Of a DNA stretch of 64,000 nt, positions 23,237 through 36,530 are shown in pieces. Origin of the DNA: Eledone cirrhosa (Eukaryota); contig OZ024744.1 in assembly GCA_964016885.1 (NCBI GenBank), forward strand, positions 100,750,001 to 100,814,000. Reading direction: 5' to 3'. The notes under the pieces are model-generated. The model had not been told where the DNA came from. It did no database searches and saw nothing but the letters and a program-made list of their open reading frames with translations. The position numbers and the translations under genes were made by a program. Every line of letters starts with the position of its first letter. Within the stretch, counting starts at the first letter, position 1.

Positions 23237-25594
23237 ATCATCATCATCATCAACGTTTAACGTCCGTGTTCCACGCTTGCATGGGTTTGGACGGGGGTAT
23301 TCCCACTTGAGGCAAGAGTGATTGTCTTGCTCGCATAGGATTGTCAGGCAGGTTTTCTACAGTTGGATGCCCTTCCTAACACCAACCACATTTACAGTGT
23401 GGGTCTGGGAGGTTTTTACCGTGTTGCCTACACGGCCACATTACAGCGTGGACTGTGTGTTTTTTTGTCGTGACACCTACACGATCTCATTTGTTTCGGC
23501 CTGGATGGCGCGGCACCAACATAACTTTACATAGAACGGGGTGGTGTGGATGGGGTGGGGGTGGTGGGACGGGGGGTATTTTGTTAGAGATGCCTACTGG
23601 CTGTAGTAGGTTTTACTATGTATTTAGGTAAGGCGGGTCTTCTCTGTTACTGAGTACCGCCAAAGGTCTCGGTCCAGTGACATTGTCTTGGAGAGGTGTA
23701 AGTGTGTGAGGTCGGAGTTTATCAGCTCGTCCCAGGTTTTTCTAGGTCTGCCTATTCCGTGGCTACCGTCTATCTTTATTGCCCTGCACTTTGTTATACA
23801 GTTATCGACTTTCATGCGCATCACGCGTCCATACCAACGTAGCCTTCTCTCGAGTAAACAACATCTGATCCCTCTTATTTCTAATTTTTTCCTTAGTTCG
23901 GTTATGCTTTGCCGTTCACGTATATTACTGTTACACATCCAGCGGAGCATGCAAGCTTCGTTCTTCTCTAGACTGCGTATATCCTCTCCACACAATGCCC
24001 AGGTCTCACTGCCATGCAACATTGCTGTTCGTATGCAGGCATCATACAACCTGCCTTTCATTTTTATGGAGAACCCTTTAGCAGCTAATAGTGGTATAAG
24101 CTCTCTGAACTTTTTCCAACCAGTTCTGACTCTAGCTACTGTACTTTCAGAGCACCCTCCCCCACTGCTGATTTTGTCGCCCAGGTAACGGAAGCTGTCC
24201 ACTATTTCTATAGAACCCTCTGCGCAATTGAAAGAGCTAGTATTTTGTGGGCACTTGCTGCTACTTATTGCACCAGAGCACCGGCCACATGTAAAATCTA
24301 TGTTCTTAGTTAGCTTACCTGTGATCCCACTACATCTTTTATGCACCCATACTTTGCATTTGGGACATAAAATGGAGTTTCTACCTACGCCTTTCCTACA
24401 CACTGAGCATGGCCATTTCCCAGAAGGGACCGCCGCCTTATTTTCTTTCCTACAAACTAGAACTTTAGTCTTAGCCAGGTTAATTTTAAGGCCTTTTGAT
24501 TCTAGGCCGTGCTTCCATGTTTGGAATTTCTTCTCTAGCTCGGCCATTGATTCAGCTATGAGTGTCAGGTCGTCTGCGTATAGGAGTTCCCATGGGCAGC
24601 CGGTCTTGAACTCCTCTGTTATAGCCTGAAGGGCAATAATAAATAGTAGGGGGCTGAGAACAGAGCCCTGATGGACGCCAACTTTTACGCTAAACTCTTC
24701 ACTATATTCTTTGTTAATTCTAACCTTGCTGACTGTTTCTTTATACATGGCTTGTATAGCTCTCACAAGCCATTCGTCAACCCCTAGTTTTCTAAGAGCC
24801 CACCAGATAATGGAGCGGGGGACTCTGTCGAAGGCTTTCTCCAAGTCGACAAAAGCTAAGTAGAGGGGTTTACCTTTAGCTAGGTACTTCTCCTGTAGTT
24901 GTCGTACAATGAAAAGAGCGTCTGTGGTACTTTTGCCTGACACACACCCGAACTGCATTTCATCTAGGTCAATTCTCTCTCTGATTAGTTGCGCTATTAC
25001 TTTTTCCGTGACCTTCATGACCTGGTTGATTAATTTAATGCCCCTATAGTTACTCCTATCTAGGGCATCTCCTTTACCCTTATAACAGTTAACGATGATG
25101 CTGCTATGCCAGTCCTTCGGAACAACCCCATTTTGTACGACTTGGTTAACTATGCGGGTGACCATGGTGTGTCCCACCGTGCCAGATGCCTTCAGCATCT
25201 CACCAACTATTTCCGAAGGCCCAGCCGCCTTACCTGTCTTCATATCCTTGATTGCCTTACTTATTATACTCCCCTCGACTAACACTGCTGGTCCCTCTAT
25301 TGGGTCGATGTGGGGGAGACTGTCTTTCTCCCATTTATTCTCCTCATTTAGTAGCCTTTCATAGTGACACTTCCAAGCTACCTTCTTATCAGCGTCGGTG
25401 ATGGCAAGTACGCCGTCATCATTAAGTACACACTTCTCCCCGACAATATCACGGTTTTCCTTGACGCATTGCCTAGCAATCCTGAACACCTCACGTTTTT
25501 GGTCCTCGCGTTGTAGAACATGCTTGAACTTTCTTTCCTCTGCTTCCCTTCTTGCGAAGTACACTTGTCTCCTAGCTTCCCTCCTGGCCACTTG
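23237..25594 (-). mobile_element. RTE-clade LINE, 5'-truncated, in the last ENOPH1 intron (sense orientation)
   Basis: 655-aa open frame at 23624-25591, nearly identical to the 13750 ORF; 3'UTR and (ATG)n tail. Confidence 0.95.
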
Positions 25595-25611
25595 ATATAT
25601 AAATATATATA

Positions 25612-25782
25612 CAGGTATAATTCCATTACAACAAATACCATTATAACAAACTTTTCAGTATAACAAAATTTTTTTCAATTCCCGGCCATACCAAGTGTTA
25701 GGTCGATCTTGTTATAAAGAATTTTTTGTTACAATGAATTTTTTTTTATACCCTGTGAATTTCGTTTTAATGGAATTGCACA

Positions 25783-25784
<2 letters not shown>
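25612..25784. mobile_element. Short Tc1/pogo-like MITE
   Basis: Terminal aattccattacaac / gttttaatggaatt inverted match. Confidence 0.5.
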
Positions 25785-25823
<39 letters not shown>

Positions 25824-25959
25824 AAAAATTTAGAAGAAACAAGGGGCTGTGTGGTTACTTGATAAAATGTATTTAGAAATAAAAGGAAAGCACAAACAAG
25901 GGACAGTCCCCTCTTCAGTTGTCTGCTGGGAGGAGGGGAGGGGGGGTCTCCAATGTTTC

Positions 25960-25999
<40 letters not shown>

Positions 26000-27090
26000 G
26001 TAAATGTGGTTGGCATTAGGAAGGACATCCAGCCATAGAAACCAACCCAGAAACAGTTCTGTATGAGTAAGATACGGTCATCTGATCTGACTTGTCTCAC
26101 AACAGGAAAACACATCTAACTCATGTTAGCTTGGAAAATGGATGTAAAACGGTGATGATGACGACTACTACGATTTATGCATGTATGGACCCCCTAACTC
26201 CTAATGGAGTTTTAGGGACACTTGTAATATATGGCATGTCTGGGGCACTTTTTTAAAAACTAGTGGAGCTCACCCCTTCTCCAGGTGTGAAGATGGCCAA
26301 TTTCTTCCAGAGAAGGAAAGAGTAAGAAAAAGATATAGAAGAGTTGGCCCCAGTCCAAGTCAGGTATTTGTTTTATATGGAAAGGATGAAAGGCAAAGTT
26401 GACCTCATCTGACACTTTAATGACTCTATATATTATATATACTATATATTAGTATTGAGATGTAATGTTATAGTAGAAGTATGTCATACTGGTATTGTCA
26501 TATAATAGCAATGGATGATAGCCACAGGGGAGCTAGCTTATGTGATGTTAGATAACAGTAGCTTGAGTAGTGATAGATCATGGTGTGTACTAGGGGGTTA
26601 GCAACATGTAGGCCATGGCGGTATTCTCTGTGGGTCTCAGACCTCAAATTTATATCTGTAAGACATTATATACAGGTTGGCCAGAACTGTCCTCTAGAGA
26701 GCATTGAGGTATTCTCTGTCATTATCAGACATCAGATTTATATCTGTAAGACATGATATTATATCAATCTAGGCCAAAACTGTCCGCTAGAGACCATTAA
26801 GGTATTCTCAGTGGGTCTCAGACCTTCTCAAATATATATATCAGGATGCATCAGTTTTTTTTAAGACATTTGCATGAATTTAAAAAAGATACATAGAACA
26901 TATAACAGAAATGTTAAACATGGATATAAATTGGTACAGTTGACCTGATCTAACACTTTAATGACTGTCAATTCCCTGCCTCACACTATATATATCGTTT
27001 CCCCCTAGTAATTATCATGAGTTAAAACACCTTTTTTTATCACAAGTTCACGCCAGTACAGTTCAGCTTCTTCATCTTGCTTGTGGCTTT

Positions 27091-28757
27091 ATGATACCCT
27101 GCTACAAACCTAAACCAGAGTATATCTACCCTGATCTACCTCAAACTATGATACCCTGCTATAAACCTAAACCAGAGTATATCTACCCTGATCTACCTCA
27201 AACTATGATACCCTGCTATAAACCTAAACCAGAGTATATCTACCCTGATCTACCTCAAACTATGATACCCTGCTATAAACCTAAACCAGAGTATATCTAC
27301 CCTGATCTACCTCAAACTATGACACCCTGCTATAAACCTAAACCAGAGTATATCTACCCTGATCTACCTCAAACTATGACACCCTGCTATAAACCTAAAC
27401 CAGAGTATATCTACCCTGATCTCCTGCTATAAACCTAAACCAGAGTATATCTACCCTGATCTACCTCAAACTATGACACCCTGCTATAAACCTAAACCAG
27501 AGTATATCTACCCTGATCTACCTCAAACTCTAACACCCTGCTACAAACCTAAACCAGAGTATATCTACACTGACCTACCTCAAACTATGATACCCTGCTA
27601 TAAACCTAAACCAGAGTATATCTACCCTGATCTCCTGCTATAAACCTAAACCAGGGTATATCTACCCTGATCTACCTCAAACTATGACACCCTGCTATAA
27701 ACCTAAACCAGAGTATATCTACCCTGATCTACCTCAAACTATGATACCCTGCTATAAACCTAAACCAGAGTATATCTACCCTGATCTACCTCAAACTATG
27801 ACACCCTGCTATAAACCTAAACCAGAGTATATCTACCCTGATCTACCTCAAACTATGACACCCTGCTATAAACCTAAACCAGAGTATATCTACCCTGATC
27901 TCCTGCTATAAACCTAAACCAGAGTATATCTACCCTGATCTACCTCAAACTCTGACACCCTGCTACAAACCTAAACCAGAGTATATCTACCCTGATCTAC
28001 CTCAAACTATGATACCCTGCTATAAACCTAAACCAGAGTATATCTACCCTGATCTCCTGCTATAAACCTAAACCAGAGTATATCTACCCTGATCTCCTGC
28101 TATAAACCTAAACCAGAGTATATCTACCCTGATCTCCTGCTATAAACCTAAACCAGAGTATATCTACCCTGATCTACCTCAAACTATGACACCCTGCTAT
28201 AAACCTAAACCAGAGTATATCTACCCTGATCTACCTCAAACTATGATACCCTGCTATAAACCTAAACCAGAGTATATCTACCCTGATCTCCTGCTAAAAA
28301 CCTAAACCAGAGTATATCTACCCTGATCTCCTGCTATAAACCTAAACCAGAGTATATCTACCCTGATCTACCTCAAACTATGACACCCTGCTATAAACCT
28401 AAACCAGGGTATATCTACCCTGATCTACCTCAAACTATGATACCCTACTACAAACCTAAACCAGAGTATATCTACCCTGATCTCCTGCTATAAACCTAAA
28501 CCAGAGTATATCTACCCTGATCTACCTCAAACTATGATACCCTACTACAAACCTAAACCAGAGTATATCTACCCTGATCTACCTCAAACTATGACACCCT
28601 GCTATAAACCTAAACCAGGGTATATCTACCCTGATCTACCTCAAACTATGATACCCTACTACAAACCTAAACCAGAGTATATCTACCCTGTTCTACCTCA
28701 AACTATGACACCCTGCTACAAACCTAAACCAGAGTATATCTACCCTGATCTACCTCG
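27091..28757. repeat. Minisatellite of mixed 57-bp and 40-bp units
   Basis: Core ctgctataaacctaaaccagagtatatctaccctgat repeated about 30 times. Confidence 0.95.
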
Positions 28758-28859
28758 TACAAACTTTCTTATGACACTAAACTACTTTCAAAACTGTCAA
28801 CTTGAGGCCTTTTCAATTCTTTTCTCTTCCAATTTATTCTAGTTGCCCTTGAAACAATT

Positions 28860-29140
28860 TATATGATAGGCAGCTGAAAAGTTCATATTCTGACCAAGAT
28901 ACTCTCATGGAATGACCAAATGAGGTTCATTTTTCAACCTAGTCTCTGGGATAGAAACAATGCAGTTATTAATAAGAGTTGAAATTAATGCATGCAAGAT
29001 TTCACAGCTCTAGCATCATTCCTTCATAGGCTGACGAAGATACTCTCATGGAATGACCAAATGAGGTTCATTTTTCAACCTAGTCTCTGGGATAGAAACA
29101 ATGCAGTTATTAATAAGAGTTGAAATTAATGCATGCAAAA
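28860..29140. mobile_element. Mariner-like MITE remnant with a 100-bp internal duplication; related copy at 45530-45702
   Basis: TIR-like cagctgaaaagttcata...gaccaaga; reverse match gtcagcctatgaacttttcagatgaccct at 45670. Confidence 0.55.
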
Positions 29141-29174
29141 TTGACTTTCCCCTACCCTTCAAATTGCTGGTCTA

Positions 29175-29575
29175 AAGTCTGTCTCAAACCTGGAGACTCA
29201 TCAGGCCAGTGCTTATCCTGGTTTCTATGGCGTTAAGCGACTAAGAGCACAAGACTCACCCCTGGATAGGATGCCAGTCCATCGCAGTGTTAAAGTCTGT
29301 CTCAAGCCCAGAGGCTCATCAGGTCAGTCAGGTACTTATCTCAGTTTCTGTGGTATGAAACAGCTAAGAGTACCTAGACAAGACAGCAGTCTATCTCAGG
29401 GTTAAACCCTCAGCTATTGCTGGTACTCATTTTCAGCTGAGTATACTGGAGCAACATGAAATGGAGTGTTGTGCTCAAGAACAGAACACATAACTGAGTC
29501 CCAGTCTAGGAATCAAACCCACAATATTATGATCATAAATCCAACATACTTACCATTAGGCCATGCACTTCCACA
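29175..29575 (-). mobile_element. Older CORE-SINE with a different tail (tail duplicated)
   Basis: tRNA-like head at 29575-29500 and CORE-like ttcttgagcacaacactccatttcatgttgctccagtatactcagctg. Confidence 0.65.
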
Positions 29576-31554
29576 GGCAAATTGCAAGCCTTGTGTCTAA
29601 TCATTATCTCAAGATTACCTACAGATTCTGTTGACTTAACCCTTTAGCATTTAAACCGGCCATATCTGGCCAGAATTCTCACCTCTTTCTGTTTAAACCG
29701 ACTGAAACTGGCCACTCATACTGATGTTAGGGTATTGTTCGCAAAATAAATAATATCAAAATCTCATAGATTTGATATAATGTGACAATTATGTGAGGTA
29801 AAGACTTTACTTTGAAATATAATAGTATACATGGAATAATGTAAATACTGTTATGTAATATTTCTTTCATACATTCCGATAATAAAAATTATAACGTTTA
29901 GTAGACAATACATTACACAAGTGTTAGGAAGGGCATCCAGCTGTAGAAAACCTGCCAAACAGTCCTATACGAGCAAGACAACCAATCTTACCTCAAGTAG
30001 GACAATTCCCGTCTAAACCCATGCTAGTGTGGAAGATAGACGTTAAACGATGATGGTAATGATGATGAAGTCACTTAAAAATATAATTGTCACAAATGGA
30101 ACTGGAAAACATTTAAATATACATTGTTCTTAAAAAGTTAAGGACTGAAACACTCAGTTGAGGAGGTTTTCTTCTCTGAAGACCTTCTGCTGTCCAACTC
30201 TCCTGAGAGTTTCTTACCACTTGTCATATGATAACAATGACATATTTGTTATTGAAAAAGATATATCATCATGCTAGCAAGAAGTTTTATTGATGTTTTA
30301 TTGATTCTGCCAATATATCACCCTGAATCAGTACTGAGATTAGTCAATCTATTACACTGAGCTTCTTTCCTGATATTGAGCATACTTCACTGGGTGTGTA
30401 ATGTTGGTATGAATGAACAACAAAGGATGGTTTGTATTTACCCAGCAGACATAACGAAGCACTGCAAATGGACATTGAATGCAGAAGATATGCAATGAAT
30501 TAAGAATGCTCCACTAGATGTGTAATATTAGTGTACATGGACAACAAAGCAGAGATGAGTTGAGGGGAAAATACTGAATATAAGAAGAACCAGGAGAGAT
30601 TTCACTGGTGGGTGTTTGTAATGTGTATGGAAGGTGATAACTGGCTGAGGAGTTCTAAGTGGAAAGAAACCATGAAAGCAAAAAACCAAGGAAGACATGG
30701 TCAGAAGTGGTGAAAGCTTTTCGTAGGATATTTAACATCACAGATGAAAGAAACATATAAAGAGATGTTGAACCAGAGATGACTTGACTAACCTACACAG
30801 GCAGAGAAACACAGATCTAAATGTAATGATAATGAATATGTAATGAAATTCTAAGTCATAAAACAGTGTCTTTAACCATTTAGCATTTAAACCGGCCATA
30901 TCTGGCCAGAATTCTCTCACCTCTTTCTGTTCAAACAGGCTGTAGCCGGTCACTCATACCAATGTTAAGGTATTGTTCTCAAAATAAATAATATCAAAAT
31001 CTCATAGATTCTATATTATCTGAGATAAATGTAAGGTAAAGTGTTTACCATGAAAATACAATCGTAAATATAAAGTAATGTAAATGCTAAAGGGTTAGAG
31101 TAAATCTGATGCATAATAGTAGAATGATTAAGGTGTTAACTAACTGACCATATGACTATTAGTTAAAATATTGCTGTATCTATATTCTTGGCTCTCAGAT
31201 AAGGATCATAAATGTTGTTGCAAAAATCTGCTGGCTTACCAACAACTACCATATCTTGTGGAGGATTGAAAAATTATTGCTCAAATATGTCACTGTCTCA
31301 GTTTGAAAAAAACATAGGAAGGACACCCAACCATAGAAACTGTGACAAAAAAAAAAAAAGGGACCAAGAGGATTCTCCAGTTAAGTCAAGGGCATGACAA
31401 CCTCTCTAGTGTTGGCGACACAATAAAATGCACCCTGTGGATTCTGTAGAGTGTGGGAACATATGTAAGTGATATGCATCTCTGATTAAGTATTTACTTG
31501 GTTTATGACAACCTATCCATTCCTTGCTAGCAGGGAAAACATATGTTAAATAAC

Positions 31555-31722
31555 AATGATGGTGGTGGTGGTAGTGATGACGGTAGTGGTGATGATGGTG
31601 GTGGTAGTGATGATGGTGGTGGTGGTGATGGTGGTGGTGGTGATGGTGGTGATGTTGATGGTGGTGGTGATGGTGGTGGTGGTAGTGATGATAGTGGTGG
31701 TGATGATGGTGTGGTGATGATG
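31555..31722. repeat. (GGT/GAT)n microsatellite
   Basis: Simple repeat at the end of a decayed LINE tail. Confidence 0.9.
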
Positions 31723-31763
31723 CTTCTATGAGAGGTTAGAAAAAATATAAGACTTTAACTTGC

Positions 31764-31887
31764 CTTTTGTATTATCTGTGAGAAACAGGATTTCATGGGG
31801 TTTTAAATTTATTTCTTCAGTTATTTTCTTGTAACTGTCAGCTTCCAGTTTATTTCCAATCAGAGTATCAAAATACCCAGAGAATAA
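31764..31887 (-). CDS. ENOPH1: ENOPH1 coding exon 5 (LFSGYFDTLIGNKLEADSYKKITEEINLKPHEILFLTDNTK-E)
   Basis: Acceptor ttttatttctataaag, 124 bp, phase 0/1. FDTxIGxK and ILFLTD motifs. Donor is the non-canonical AAG|gcaagt. Confidence 0.94.
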
Positions 31888-32601
31888 CTTTATAGAAATA
31901 AAATTAAGAAAGCATTATAGTCTTTAAAAAATAAATTTAAAAAGAATTTCAATAAATTTTTTTCCTACACTCCAATAATAAAAATTATAATGTGTAGTAG
32001 ACAATACATTACACAAGTCACATAAAAATATAATTGTCACAAATGGAACTGGAAAACATTTAAATATACATTGTTCTTAAAAAAGTTAAGGGCTGAAACA
32101 CTCGGCTGAAGAGGAGTTTTCTTCTCTGAAGACCTTCTGCTGAGCAACTCTCCTGAGAGTTTCTTACCATTTGTCATATGATAACAATGACATATATTTG
32201 TTATTGAAAAAGATATATCATCATGCTAGCAAGAAGTTAAGGGTCAAAACACTCGCTAGAGGCAGGAGAGGGAGGGGGGTCTTCTCTGAAGACCTTCTGC
32301 TTTTCAGCTCTCCTGAGACTTTCTTATCACCAAATTTTTCTTAATTTCTTAATAATTCCAGATTACTGATTTTAAAAATGATACTTAAATTGTGAAATGG
32401 TTATATTTTCTGAATATATGAAATAGAGTTCTATTTATTACAGAAAGCTGAATTGTAAAATGCTGTCACTGCAATATCAAGGAAGGCATATCACTTATTT
32501 TAGCTTTAATATTGGATGATTAAATCAAAACCTGTTTATATACGAGTTCGGATCTAGCTGTCGAAACAGCTGGAGCTCAGCCATTGGAGTCCTGAATATA
32601 T

Positions 32602-32937
32602 ATCACCATTACATTTTATGTCCGCTTTTTCCTTGCTTGCAAGGGTGGGACGGGAACTGATTCTGGCTTGATTTCTACAGCTGGATGCCCTTCCTAACAC
32701 CAACCTCATTTACAGTGTAGACTGGGTGCTTTTTTGCCGTGGCATCTCCACGACCACTTTGCAGTCGAATGATAGGGACCCCAGTCCCTATCATCTCATT
32801 TCTACAGCTGAGTAAACTGGAGCAATGTGAAATAAAGTGTCTTGCTCAAGGAAACAACACATCACCTGGTCTGAGAATTGAACTCACAACCTTTCGATTG
32901 CAAGGCCAATGCTCTAACCACTAAGCCATGTGCCTCC
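32602..32937 (-). mobile_element. CORE-SINE with RTE tail
   Basis: Same family as 8890-9230. Confidence 0.88.
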
Positions 32938-33839
32938 ATATATATATATGCACTAAATCCACTCTGTAAAGTGGTGGGGCTAGTGTCATGAAAAAAGCAT
33001 CCAGTTCACCATGTCAGTACAAAAAGCATCCAGTACACATTTGTCAGTACATGAAGGAAGAGCTGGTGTCATGATAAAACACACCCAGTACACTCTGTAA
33101 AGTAGTGGTGTTTATGTGATGGTAAAATACACCCAGTAATTTGTGGTAATGCTGGTGTTATGATTAAATGCACTAAACCCACTTTACAGAGTGCTGGTGT
33201 CATGAAAAAAAGCATCCGGTCCACCATGTCATGTGGTAGTGAATGATAATGAACCCAGTACATGCTGTTAAGAAGGACATCCAGCTATAACAACCATGCC
33301 AAAATGGAACATATAAGTAAGATATCATTGTTCTGACATGTCTGTCCGGTCTCAGAGTGTGACAACTTGTCTGACCCATGTCAACACAGAAATAGATGTA
33401 AAACAATGATGTCTGGGGAGGGAAAAGGGGGGGGGGGGTTGTAGTACCAAACATTGTGTGAACAATTGTTATTTTTCCCCCATGTACTTCCGATCAGGAA
33501 AGAATGTGAAGGAAAAAAGTGGATTCGACAACCTCAACATATATGTTGCTATTCATCATCTACTCTCAGGTCTAGAATACCTCCACCCCCACCCCATCCC
33601 ACCAGTCATTAATCACCCCAGACACACTTATTAAATTTTAGTAATCTACCTCCAGCGAAATTTTATTCTAAGTGATTCATATTGATACAGCAGCTGAAGA
33701 ATTTAATAATTATTTTAATTTACATTAAAAAAAACATTATATATGACAAAAAAAGAACATTACAAGAAATCCTATATTTACAAATGTAGACAATACAATT
33801 ACCGATTCCACCTTGCCCTGCTTATAAGAATTTAAGCTA

Positions 33840-34331
33840 TTAACTCTTAACATACTGTACCACATGAAACCACATTAACAAGACATTGTTGAAAAGTACA
33901 AAACAGTACTATGACTGTATCACATTAACTATTAACATCCGGTACCACATGAAACCACATTAACAAGACATTGTTGAAAAGTACAAAACAGTATTATGAC
34001 TGTATCACATTAACTATTAACATCCGGTACCACATGAAACCACATTAACAAGACATACTTGAAAAGTACAAAACAGTACTATGACTGTATCACATTAACT
34101 CTTAATATCCTGTACCACATGAAACCACATTAACAAGACATACTTGAAAAGTACAAAACAGTACTATGACTGTATCACATTAACTCTTAATATCCTGTAC
34201 CACATGAAACCACATTAACAAGACATACTTGAAAAGTACAAAACAGTACTATGACTGTATCACATTAACTCTTAACATCCTGTACCACATGAAACCACAT
34301 TAACAAGACATTGTTGAAAAGTACAAAACAG
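33840..34331. repeat. Minisatellite, 85-bp unit, about 5.7 copies
   Basis: gtaccacatgaaacc at 33942, 34027, 34112 and onward. Confidence 0.93.
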
Positions 34332-34835
34332 CTGATTGCATTGCATTAAAAATTATATTTTATAAAATTTAATATTGTAAAAAAATAATCACAACAATCT
34401 GTTCGCTAGTAAAGATACTACAAACATTTGAATTAACAAACCTATTTTTAGATATTTTGTATTAAATCATTGCAGGATGTGAAGAGTTAAATAGAGAAAA
34501 AATATTGCCACCATTAACCTTTTTCATACAAAACGCCAGAAACCATCCTTGGTCAAATGATACAAAGCTGTCTGTTTTAAAGTCTTATATTTATCTAAAA
34601 ACTTTCCATCAAAACTGTGACTAAGAACCTTTGTTAAGTTATGTTCCAAATACCAGGTAAATAATGTGAAAGTTAGTAATTTTACTAAATCGTCGATTAT
34701 TTTCACAATTAATTGGAGATCATAGACAATATGAAACTATTAACTACAGCTTAGTGGCCATTTAGAAATGGTTGCCAATTTCGCCTGGGCCACACCAAGA
34801 CCTAATAAATATCTAAGGCTTATTACTAAAGCAAT

Positions 34836-34866
<31 letters not shown>

Positions 34867-36254
34867 GGCTGGGGTAGTCACCCACATATTTTGCAAGAAC
34901 AAGAGATTGATATATTTTAAGAATTTTAAGAGTGTGGTTTAAAATATTTTTAATAAAATGTAACCAAATTTCAGAGACAACTTCCTACTGTTCAAATTAT
35001 ATACATTCGAACTTCAAAATAGCAATTAATAAAATTTCAATGAAGGATCCATTTCGTTTCGGCTAGCCTTGGTAGCTTACTGGCTTTGAACATTTTAGTT
35101 CTAGTCAAAATCCAGAACGAGGTCAGCTTCGTCCGGCAAGTTAATACATGTTTTAACTCAATGATGTGAACTGAAACTTATTATCTCCCTTGACAAGGCT
35201 GGCTTCATTATGGATTTCAACTTGGAAATAAACATTTCAAAGCCAATAAAGCCCCCAGACCAGCTGAAACGGAGTGGACCCTCCATTGGGAATTTTATTA
35301 ATCGCTATTCCTTCACTGTTCTTAGACATGCATTGATTACACGTATTAATTTGTGTGGACTTCCCGATCTAAGAGCAGTCAGTAATTCTATTCTAAAATA
35401 TTCTGAGCACTTTCAACCAGGAAATATTAACAGCGAAGATAACAACAAACTGGTCAAAATAAATAAATGGACAGGAAATCTAAAGGGAGATAAATCAATC
35501 CATTTTCCGGAAGTACAGTAGAAAGCAGTGTAATAATGATTTTACTGAATAAATACTTGAATCAAATGTGTTTATCTTTCTCTATAAATATAGTGTAATT
35601 TGTTTATTTGAATCTATGAGGATCCTACAGTTTGCTGCATGTGCACATAAGGATGTTTCTGTTATTACCATCAGCAGCAAGCAGATGTAAAATGTTGATG
35701 AAGACGATGATGATGATGGCGTCAAGATATCCCAAATGTTAGGATTTGAGGATTTTTTTCTCTGTCATTATACAGGGTCGGATTCCATGCTTTGCAGCAT
35801 AGAGTTACGGCTCTTTATGATCTGAGCTCAAATCCCGCCGAGGTTAACTTTGCCTTTTATCCTTATGGGGTCGATAAAATAAAGTACCAGTCATGCACTG
35901 GGGTTGATTTAATCGACTTTCCCCTCCTCCCAAAATTACTGGCCTTGTGCCTATATAAGAAAGCATTATACTACACAAGGAAATTGGATTTAGTAATTCT
36001 TAACAGACTAATATTTGTCAGTTCTCCGAAGTTAAAAACAAGCAACAAAATAGATTGTGAAAGTATGTTGTACGTTCATCTAGGATGTATATTTACATAT
36101 ATCATTCAATGTCTATCCTGGTTTTTTTGAATAGTTACACTGTTTCACTATGTTGTAAGAAGTGGACTGAAGCCAACACTGTTTCACTATGTTGTAAGAA
36201 GTGACTAAAAGGACTGAAGCCATTAAAGGTATCTGGCTGTAAAATATTGTCTCA

Positions 36255-36530
36255 AAAGTCAGAAAACAGCACAGCTCCCATGACTTTCGGAAACATTTTT
36301 CATGCATGGAACAAACTACCTGTATCAGTTGTTAGCTGCCGAGACACTGCATCCTTTAACAACCTCCATGTTTCCTGAAATTCGCCAACACTACACACGC
36401 ACACATGTATATCATGACTCATTCACTGTTCAGTTTCCCGACATTTGTATATTATTCTATGTACTATACATGCATCTTTGATGAGTTGTAGTGCACCTGA
36501 GCACTGTACACAATAATTTCATTATTATTA
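36255..36530 (+). mobile_element. CR1-type LINE 3' end
   Basis: KVRKQHSSHDFRKHF followed by 3'UTR and (ATT)n; homologous to 40460-40900. Confidence 0.8.

Noticed and set aside
27091-28842. Repetitive ORFs (MIPCYKPKPEYIYPDLPQT)n as an extensin-like protein
   Set aside because: Translation of an intronic minisatellite; frame broken repeatedly; no splice or promoter evidence.
29176-29330. CTGATGAG motifs on the minus strand as hammerheads
   Set aside because: No GAAA plus stem III and cleavage triplet in the right order; they belong to a SINE tail.
31543-31731. Gly/Asp-rich ORF; also the poly-RE/SL ORFs at 54637-54982
   Set aside because: Microsatellite translations.
32215-32230. Box C (ATGATGA) of an intronic C/D snoRNA on the minus strand
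   Set aside because: No box D (CTGA) or terminal stem at a suitable distance.
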